64,000 nucleotides of DNA from an uncultured Candidatus Bathyarchaeia archaeon. GTDB lineage: Archaea > Thermoproteota > Bathyarchaeia > Bathyarchaeales > Bathycorpusculaceae. Of the stretch, positions 55,184 through 62,042 are shown piece after piece. Numbering within the stretch: position 1 is the stretch's first letter; the number at the start of each line of letters is the position of its first letter. The notes beneath the pieces were generated by a model. The model searched no databases. It was not told the DNA's origin and saw only the letters and a list, made by a program, of their open reading frames with translations. The DNA is taken from NCBI GenBank assembly GCA_964514055.1, contig CAZEPB010000002.1, forward strand, positions 40,797 through 104,796, written 5' to 3'. Made by a program: the position numbers and the translations under genes.

Positions 55184-57235
55184 GTGAATACTCTTGTTTT
55201 GGGCGAGCAAGCTATGAGTATCGTATACGATTTGAAAGTATTACGGCGTATCGCTATATTCGTTCTAAACAAGTCTTCTCAAGATTTGCGTTCAGAACTT
55301 TATGACTACCTTGTGATTGGTGCACTTTCAGATGATAAGGAACGTAGCGGTATGACGAAAGCCCAGATAAATGATTCTATCGAAAAAGACTTTAAAATTA
55401 GTGAACTGCCTGATGTTTTAATCCGCAATTCCTTAAATAGACTTGGAAAAAACGGCTCTGTTAATGTTGCACACAGTAAGGGAAACAAAATATACATTTT
55501 ATCGCAAGACAAAATGAATTTAATGGAATTGATGTCAAACGAATACTCAAAAACTGTAGTTGGAGTTAAAGAGAAAATCTCCAAAAGACTTGGCGAAGCT
55601 CTGAGGTCTCCTATCGACTTAAATTTGGAGAATAGTGCCTTTTCACTCTTTCAAAAAATCTTGGCAACTACATTAAGTAGATTGGGTGAAGAATGTTGTT
55701 ACTCAATTGTCGGTACACGCGGAACGGACTTAGAAGCCATCCAGAACACGAATATGCTGGAAATAATTGATGAAGTTTTGCGTGCGGAAAAAGAAGACTA
55801 TTATAGAGACGCTGAGGAACAGGTTTTCATAGAATATATTTCGGAGCCAGACGAAAATCTTAAGGATTATCTTTTTTCTCTAGCGCAATCCTACTTCGTG
55901 ATTAATGTTTTGCGCATTGACCCTGAATGCGATTCTTGCACAAGAGAGAGCTTAAGCCGAAAGAAAGTGTTCCTCGACACAAATGTAATAGTTCATGCAC
56001 TTACTGGTTCGCGACCGCGTTTTTCAGCCGCAGACTCAGCCTTAAAATTGACTAATCAACTCGGTATTCAATTGCTTTTCTCCAAGCGTACTAAAACAGA
56101 GTATAACGTTCTAATAGGAGATTCGAAGCGAAGCTATGGAAAATCGCCCACGATTCCAAAGACCAGATTCCAGAAAATTCGAAATAGTTTGTCAGATGGA
56201 TTTTTGAAAAATTATGAGCTGAAAAAACAAAAGAATCCAAATCTTACGTTTGAGGGTTACATACAACGCCTTGAAGAGATTGAAACTGTATTAAGGAATC
56301 GTTATTCGGTAGCTTATGATGATACCGATTATAATGAAATATCAGAAGACCCCGACCTTCCAATACTAATCGAAGTTGTCGCAGACGAAAGCGTCAAGTT
56401 TGGTAATTTCAAATCAAGAGTAGTCGCTGAACATGATGCGTTTCATATTCTGTTAGTTCAGCAATTGCGGAGCAAAGAAAAGGATGACATTTTGGGACCA
56501 AACTATTGGTTTTTGACGCATGACAGAAGTTTGTCTTCAGCAGAAATGCGCTTCCACAAATTTGACTTTCCAACGTCAAGTGTTTTTCTGGATGACTGGG
56601 TTCAAATGATTTCTCCGTTGTTATCACCAAAACAGACTAAAACTGCAAAAGAGGCTTATGTTGAATTGTTTGCATCAAGACTTCCAGTTTTGTCAAAAAC
56701 CATCGATGATGAAGTATTCTTGACTTTTCAGGGTGATTGGGTAGACGATGAAGATTTAACTCCACAAGACATTGCAAGAATTATTGGGAAAAAATATTTG
56801 AAAGACCTTCATAAGAAACTTGAAGATGAAGGAAAACAGCTCTCTGAAGAAGATAAAAAACTTATAATTGGTCCGATTATTGAAGAGATAAAATCCCAAA
56901 AAAGAAATAATGAGCAAACCAGCCAAAAAGTAGCAAGGTTGGGAAAGACAGTATTCCATTTAAAAGGCGATGTACATAGGTTAAAAGAAACTGTTAACAA
57001 ACAAAACTCAGCATTAAAAAATGTTGGGCATTTAATAGGCGCCTTGATTTTTCTCTTGCTTTGGTATGTTCTTTTTTCATACGTGCTGATTAGCTATTTA
57101 GAGCCATGGCAAGCTTTTATTGGAGCAATTATAGTCGCCGCTGTATTTGGATATTTAGCAGACTTTCACGGATACAAATGGCTTTTAGAGAGATTGCTTG
57201 GCAATAGTTATAAAACTAAACAAAGTGAAGATTAA
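55184..57235 (+). CDS. wHTH + PIN-domain protein with coiled coil and C-terminal double TM anchor
   Basis: 683 aa with a GTG start (an ATG lies at 55214). KKVFLDTNVIVHAL, AEHDAFHIL and WFLTHDRSL are PIN acidic motifs. The C-terminus has a charged coiled coil and then LIGALIFLLLWYVLFSYVLI and FIGAIIVAAVFGYL. Confidence 0.6.
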   Translation: MNTLVLGEQAMSIVYDLKVLRRIAIFVLNKSSQDLRSELYDYLVIGALSDDKERSGMTKAQINDSIEKDFKISELPDVLIRNSLNRLGKNGSVNVAHSKGNKIYILSQDKMNLMELMSNEYSKTVVGVKEKISKRLGEALRSPIDLNLENSAFSLFQKILATTLSRLGEECCYSIVGTRGTDLEAIQNTNMLEIIDEVLRAEKEDYYRDAEEQVFIEYISEPDENLKDYLFSLAQSYFVINVLRIDPECDSCTRESLSRKKVFLDTNVIVHALTGSRPRFSAADSALKLTNQLGIQLLFSKRTKTEYNVLIGDSKRSYGKSPTIPKTRFQKIRNSLSDGFLKNYELKKQKNPNLTFEGYIQRLEEIETVLRNRYSVAYDDTDYNEISEDPDLPILIEVVADESVKFGNFKSRVVAEHDAFHILLVQQLRSKEKDDILGPNYWFLTHDRSLSSAEMRFHKFDFPTSSVFLDDWVQMISPLLSPKQTKTAKEAYVELFASRLPVLSKTIDDEVFLTFQGDWVDDEDLTPQDIARIIGKKYLKDLHKKLEDEGKQLSEEDKKLIIGPIIEEIKSQKRNNEQTSQKVARLGKTVFHLKGDVHRLKETVNKQNSALKNVGHLIGALIFLLLWYVLFSYVLISYLEPWQAFIGAIIVAAVFGYLADFHGYKWLLERLLGNSYKTKQSED

Positions 57236-57350
57236 AATTTACTAAAAATCTGGAAATAGCAAGCAAATTTTCACTTTAACAGCACTCTGTACAACTTCGG
57301 AAGGTCGTTTCTTCACTTGTTTTTTATTTGCTCTACGCCTAAGTTAGCTC

Positions 57351-57460
57351 GGAGTTTGCGAGCCTTGTCTTCCCCAGAAAAAAGGTCATGTGCCTTGCAC
57401 ATTCTTCTCCTCGGTATTCCCACGAGCTTTCTGAGCGGAAACAAGGTACTCGCAAACTTT
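57351..57460. repeat. long imperfect inverted repeat upstream of the Zn-ribbon ORF
   Basis: ggagtttgcgagccttgtcttcc (57351-57373) pairs with ggaaacaaggtactcgcaaacttt (57437-57460). About 20 bp pair, with two small bulges. An inner atgtgc-ctt-gcacat hairpin is also present. Confidence 0.6.
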
Positions 57461-57481
57461 TTACTAAAATAGTGAGCAGTA

Positions 57482-57658
57482 ATGACCGACCTTCTAGCGA
57501 GACCTTGCGATGCTTGCGGTAAACCTGTTGGTGGAGGCTACAAGCACTGCCCAAAATGCAACATTTTTTTCTGCTGGTATTGTGGATACAAGTTGCAGAA
57601 CATGTCAAACGAGTTTTCAGCTAAGTGTCCTATGTGCGGTGGAGAGTTTGAGGATTGA
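57482..57658 (+). CDS. 58-aa zinc-ribbon protein (not in ORF track)
   Basis: MTDLLARPCDACGKPVGGGYKHCPKCNIFFCWYCGYKLQNMSNEFSAKCPMCGGEFED. It has four CxxC pairs. I prefer it over the antisense 57339-57608 ORF. Confidence 0.5.
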   Translation: MTDLLARPCDACGKPVGGGYKHCPKCNIFFCWYCGYKLQNMSNEFSAKCPMCGGEFED

Positions 57659-57707
57659 AAAAAACAAAAAATAGGTAGTTGAGCTAATATTCAACAGGCT
57701 ATGCTTC

Positions 57708-57899
57708 TCACTCTTCAGGCGGCGGAACCCATTTCTCAACAAGCAGATTGTCGCCTTTGAGTTTAAAGCTCACCTTGACAAAAATCGAGTCTGCTCCCTT
57801 AAATGGGAACATGCTGTCTTCCGCCAAGTCCTTCGGCAAGTAAATCAGGTATTTGCCGTCCTTTCTCCTGAACAGTCGCCCTCTTCCTTCACTAACCAT
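57708..57899 (-). CDS. small AbrB/SpoVT-like protein (weak)
   Basis: Start moved to the ATG at 57899, which is preceded by aggaggg. MVSEGRGRLFRRKDGKYLIYLPKDLAEDSMFPFKGADSIFVKV resembles swapped-hairpin AbrB-type sequences. Confidence 0.4.
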   Translation of the reverse strand: MVSEGRGRLFRRKDGKYLIYLPKDLAEDSMFPFKGADSIFVKVSFKLKGDNLLVEKWVPPPEE

Positions 57900-58068
57900 A
57901 GTTTTCCCTCCTGATTGAATTCTACTATTGAGTACACCTTTGTGCATGTTACATTATAATATTTGCTTTAAAAAATGGCTCGCCTATTCAAACATTATTT
58001 TAAGGTATGAACTTAAGAAAAGTTATAATCGAAAAAAGAAGTAAATATTAACCAAGTCGGTGTGAAAA

Positions 58069-59847
58069 GTGAGTGATGATAACCAGCCAAAAACCGATGT
58101 GATTTTTCTATTCGGAGCAGGAGCTTCTGTTGATGCTGGCATACCCGATACTTACAAGTTTGTGGTTGATTTTGAAGATTATATTAAAGAATACCAATGG
58201 GAATTTTACAACCTTCTTCTGACTATCATAGAAGTTAGAGAAGAATTCAACGAAAAAGTTTATGGTAAAAAACAACGCCAAGTTGACGTTGAACAACTTT
58301 TGGAAATATTGAGGCGTCTTATTGAAAAAGAAAAAGACCCAATACTTGACTTTTACGAGGAAAAGAAGTTTCGTATAACGACGAGACAGAGCAATTTTGT
58401 CGAACTTAAAAGGCTTCTTGAGAATTTTATAAGGGAAAAAGCTATAATCAAAGACGAGTCGAAACTTGAGTACCTCAAAGAACTCCTAAACTTTAATAGA
58501 CCTATAGAAATCTTCTCAACCAATTACGACACCTGTATTGAACAATTAAGCCATATCAATCATATGAGGTACACGGATGGGTTCGATATCTATTGGAATC
58601 CAAGGAACTTCAGAATAAATTACGACATAAAGCATTACAAAATGCATGGCTCCGTTATTTGGTATGAAAACGTAAAGACCAAAGAATGCGTAAAAATACC
58701 TGTTCATTCTTTTTCGGAAGGAGAACCAATTGCTTTAAAACTTATCTATGGAGATGATGTGAAACCACTTGTGATTTATCCAGCTCAAAAGGCAGAGTAT
58801 GTTGAACCTTTAACTGATTTGCAGTTAATGTTTAAAGAAAGGCTTTTTGATAAAAAAACAAAATATGTGATTGTTGTTGGCTATTCTTTTAGGGATGCTT
58901 ATATAGTTCACATGCTCTGGGACGCAGCAAGAATCAATGAAGACCTAAAGGTACTTCTAATAGCACCAAATGCGCAGCGGATTTTTGAAAACAAATTGAA
59001 GTACATAAACAAAGAAAAGAATGACCTTTCAAGGATTCACGACAGAGTAGTATGTGTTCCCTACCCCTTTTCAACAATTATTAATCAATTACGAAACCAT
59101 TATTTGAACAAACTTAACCAATTACGAAATTACTACAAACAGTTGCTTGACGATGAGCGAATTGGACGCGAACCGAATTGGAGTTACTCAATTCGTTTTT
59201 GTATTGAAATCGGATACTTGACAAAAGCAGAGGAAATAATTCATAAATCAAGCAAGCAATGGAAGGATTTAGAAATAGGAACTCCTAGCGAAAAACTACT
59301 TTTAGGGTTCAAAGGTTTATTGCATTCAGTCATTTGCAAAGACGGATATGAAGAAAAATGGCTCAAGAGGGTTAATGAATCTCTAAAGATGTTTAGCACT
59401 GAAAAATTTGATGTTGTAGATAGTAAAGGAGACTTATATTTTCTAGGTCTTCGGAAGAATGGTGAAATAATCCTCATTGGAAAGTTTTTGAAGGATTGGA
59501 TTCATCCACTTATTAGCGAAAAAAAGAGAAAGATTGAATTGTTAAGTCCAAAATTCGAAAGCGCGCTTAAGAGAATTAGACCCAGTTTAGAAAGATTTGA
59601 AGAATTCAGCAGATACCTCGATAATTTATCAAGAGGTGTTAGGGTTTATGGCTACAAAGAATCTAAAAATGATTCTGCAGAAGTTAAGTCATTCCTTAAA
59701 AGATTTGAGATAGCAAAACAAAGAAGACAATATATGGCTGGAGAGCCTAATAGCATTATTCTGGGTATTGAAAGAGGGAGATTGAAAACGGTCTTAGGCG
59801 CAAAAAGTTTTGAGTTCAAACTCAGTAATAAAAAAGGAGAAGAATAA
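58069..59847 (+). CDS. SIR2-family (SIR2_2 / DSR-ThsA-like) protein with unknown C-terminal half
   Basis: 592 aa with a GTG start. FLFGAGASVDAGIP, IFSTNYDTCIE, YKMHGSV and VVGYSFRD appear in the canonical order of defence-associated SIR2 domains. Confidence 0.7.
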   Translation: MSDDNQPKTDVIFLFGAGASVDAGIPDTYKFVVDFEDYIKEYQWEFYNLLLTIIEVREEFNEKVYGKKQRQVDVEQLLEILRRLIEKEKDPILDFYEEKKFRITTRQSNFVELKRLLENFIREKAIIKDESKLEYLKELLNFNRPIEIFSTNYDTCIEQLSHINHMRYTDGFDIYWNPRNFRINYDIKHYKMHGSVIWYENVKTKECVKIPVHSFSEGEPIALKLIYGDDVKPLVIYPAQKAEYVEPLTDLQLMFKERLFDKKTKYVIVVGYSFRDAYIVHMLWDAARINEDLKVLLIAPNAQRIFENKLKYINKEKNDLSRIHDRVVCVPYPFSTIINQLRNHYLNKLNQLRNYYKQLLDDERIGREPNWSYSIRFCIEIGYLTKAEEIIHKSSKQWKDLEIGTPSEKLLLGFKGLLHSVICKDGYEEKWLKRVNESLKMFSTEKFDVVDSKGDLYFLGLRKNGEIILIGKFLKDWIHPLISEKKRKIELLSPKFESALKRIRPSLERFEEFSRYLDNLSRGVRVYGYKESKNDSAEVKSFLKRFEIAKQRRQYMAGEPNSIILGIERGRLKTVLGAKSFEFKLSNKKGEE

Positions 59848-59848
59848 C

Positions 59849-61138
59849 TCACTTCTCACTTTTCGAACTCTTTGGTTTGCTTTCCTTTTCATTTTGTTCC
59901 TCAGCTTCGGTCAGTGATTCTTGTTCCGCTTCTCTGAATTCTTGTAGTGCTTTTTCTTGTTCTTCTTCGTACAACTTCTTTAAAGCTGCTTTACCCTCAG
60001 GCGTATCAACGAGCTTATCAAAAGCGTAGATTATTGGGTCGTAATTCTTATGCATAAACTCCTGCATTTCTTTAAGTTGCAATTCAAAATCCTCTTTCTG
60101 TTTAGCAATAACATCGGCAAGCTGGCTTTTAGTCTGATTGAACTCTTCTTTCAGTTTAGCTATATCAGTTCGGGTTTGCATTCCATTAATTGAAAGGTGT
60201 TCAAAAGCACGTTGATAAGCTTCCCTGATGGTAATTTCATCATAGTCGTATTTCTTGCGTGCTCCTCTCCGTTGGTGACCCATCATCAGGTCTTTGAGTT
60301 CTTGCGGTTGAATTCCAGCTCTCAACAAAGCGGAATTGTAGAAACTGCGAAGTGATTTTGTCTTGAATTCTTTAGCCTTCTCGACTCCGAATGCCTTCTC
60401 CGCTAAGTTCTTCATTGCAGTATTGATGCTTCTCACTTCAAGCTTGTCATCTTTCCCTTTAGTTGTTGAAACAAACAAGTAGCCTTCACTTGGGTTTCCG
60501 CGCTCTTGAAGCATAGCTCTAATGTCATGCATGGCTTCATAGCTGAAACAGGTTGCTTGCATTTCACCTGTCTTTTCCCGAGGTTTCTCCACAATATAGT
60601 GCTCTGTCTCTGGTGCAGTGTAAAGTCCTTTCAGGTTTTCAATTCTAATGCTACTAACATCCACTTCACTGAATCCACTTTGGGCTAGAACTAGAAGTAA
60701 GGCTCTATCTCTAAGGTTGCCGTGAGAATACATTGATTTCACATCATCTTTTGTAGTCTTTGATTTTTGCACAACTCCCTGTTTCAGTGTACTCTCCCAG
60801 TCACCGCGTTTCAGGTTTAAAGGCAAGCCGTTTCTACTGAAAAACGAAGCCACAGGAATAAGAGCTGTTTTCACAGCTATAGGCTTCAAGTTACCACGTG
60901 CTTCCAAGTATTCCTTGTAGGCTCGGAACTGGTCTTCAAAGAATGTTCTTTCAGCAATGTTTTGAGTTGTCAGGTCATGCATCCGTTTTTTGATTTGCTC
61001 GGTTGGACTCATACCGATGAAAACTAACCAGCCTCGAATTTGGTTGGTGTAGTTCTTCTTTGTCCTTTCGCTTAATCCAACTAACCACTTTTTGAAAAAT
61101 TCATCCTTTTCGTAGGGCTTAACTGATTTTTTACTCAT
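59849..61138 (-). CDS. tyrosine recombinase / integrase with long charged C-terminal tail
   Basis: 429 aa. LRDRALLLVLAQSGFS (Arg I region), KSLRSFYNS and MGHQRRGARKKYDY (H/R/Y region), then about 110 aa of coiled-coil/acidic tail. Confidence 0.75.
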   Translation of the reverse strand: MSKKSVKPYEKDEFFKKWLVGLSERTKKNYTNQIRGWLVFIGMSPTEQIKKRMHDLTTQNIAERTFFEDQFRAYKEYLEARGNLKPIAVKTALIPVASFFSRNGLPLNLKRGDWESTLKQGVVQKSKTTKDDVKSMYSHGNLRDRALLLVLAQSGFSEVDVSSIRIENLKGLYTAPETEHYIVEKPREKTGEMQATCFSYEAMHDIRAMLQERGNPSEGYLFVSTTKGKDDKLEVRSINTAMKNLAEKAFGVEKAKEFKTKSLRSFYNSALLRAGIQPQELKDLMMGHQRRGARKKYDYDEITIREAYQRAFEHLSINGMQTRTDIAKLKEEFNQTKSQLADVIAKQKEDFELQLKEMQEFMHKNYDPIIYAFDKLVDTPEGKAALKKLYEEEQEKALQEFREAEQESLTEAEEQNEKESKPKSSKSEK

Positions 61139-61174
61139 TTTCTCAACCTCTTTTCGTTTTTAAGCCCTTATAGT

Positions 61175-61260
61175 CTTTGCGTTCTAAATGCCACAACTAT
61201 ATACAAAACTTGGTAGTTCAAAACCGCCTTACTATATATAGAGTCAATTGGCGCTTAGAC
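61175..61260. repeat. right copy of imperfect inverted repeat at island border
   Basis: The reverse complement of 61212-61240 is tatatatagtaaggcggttttgaactacc, matching 25 of 29 positions against 31548-31576. It also supplies a TATA about 90 nt upstream of the integrase start. Confidence 0.5.
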
Positions 61261-61382
61261 TAACGCTTGAGTAACCGCTCAGAAAAAAATTGGCGCCTCT
61301 GTACAAAGCAGGGCTTGCCGTAAGCATCAATAAGTTGTTAACTCAGCTTTAGTGTAAAAGAATGGAAAAGGGGGTCGGGTTT

Positions 61383-61970
61383 TTAGCTTGTAGGGTGAAT
61401 GGGGAGCACGGTTTTTTTGTGTGCTTCGTTCAGTACTTCTGCAAATGCCAAGTAGACTGCGCTTAGTCCGCAGATTATGCCTTCGAACCCAGTTATTGTG
61501 TTTAGTGTCACGTTTTCAAACAGCGTTGGGTTTCCTGTTAATTCTCTCGCGGTCAGGAGGAAGAACAGAATCGCTAAACTCATGAAGACGAATTGCAAGG
61601 CGCGGTTTGTCTTAAGCGTGCCGAAGAACATCACGAATGTGAATAGCCCCCACATGAAGAAGTACGCAGCCATCCCCATCTCTGTCGGAGCGCTTATGCC
61701 AGCGAAAGAGAAGCTAGGCAAAACGAGCAATGCCACGAGAGACCACCAGAAAAGCCCATAAGAAGTAAACGCCACTGTACCAAAGGTGTTGCCCTTCCTG
61801 AACTCCATAATTCCCACTATCACCTGAGCTAATCCACCGTACGCCAAGCCCATTGCAAGAATCATGGTGTCAAGGGGAAAAAGCCCCGCGTTGTGCAGGT
61901 TAAGCAATACAGTTGTCAATCCGAAACCCAGTAGACCAAGCGGTGCAGGATTCGCCAATTTCTCACTCAC
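61383..61970 (-). CDS. GPR1/FUN34/YaaH-family acetate (succinate-acetate) channel
   Basis: 195 aa. [14 protein letters not shown] signature and six hydrophobic helices. Confidence 0.85.
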   Translation of the reverse strand: MSEKLANPAPLGLLGFGLTTVLLNLHNAGLFPLDTMILAMGLAYGGLAQVIVGIMEFRKGNTFGTVAFTSYGLFWWSLVALLVLPSFSFAGISAPTEMGMAAYFFMWGLFTFVMFFGTLKTNRALQFVFMSLAILFFLLTARELTGNPTLFENVTLNTITGFEGIICGLSAVYLAFAEVLNEAHKKTVLPIHPTS

Positions 61971-62042
61971 AGTTCATCACACATCTTTTCCAGGTTAGGA
62001 ACTGCTCTTTTGAAAGATGAGAATATTAAGTTTTCCTACCAA

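Larger units (their letters stand above)
31600..61260. mobile_element. composite AT-rich genomic island (defence-type cargo, two integrases) inserted between acs and the acetate channel gene
   Basis: There is a visible compositional drop. Single-line hand counts give about 38% GC inside and about 53% in acs. Tyrosine recombinases lie at 46641-47600 and 59849-61138. The cargo is nuclease/NADase-type genes. The boundaries are approximate. Confidence 0.55.

Noticed and set aside
57339-57608. 89-aa minus-strand ORF
   Set aside because: It is antisense to a 58-aa plus-strand ORF with four CxxC pairs, and it spans the long inverted repeat. The Cys-pattern ORF is the more credible gene.
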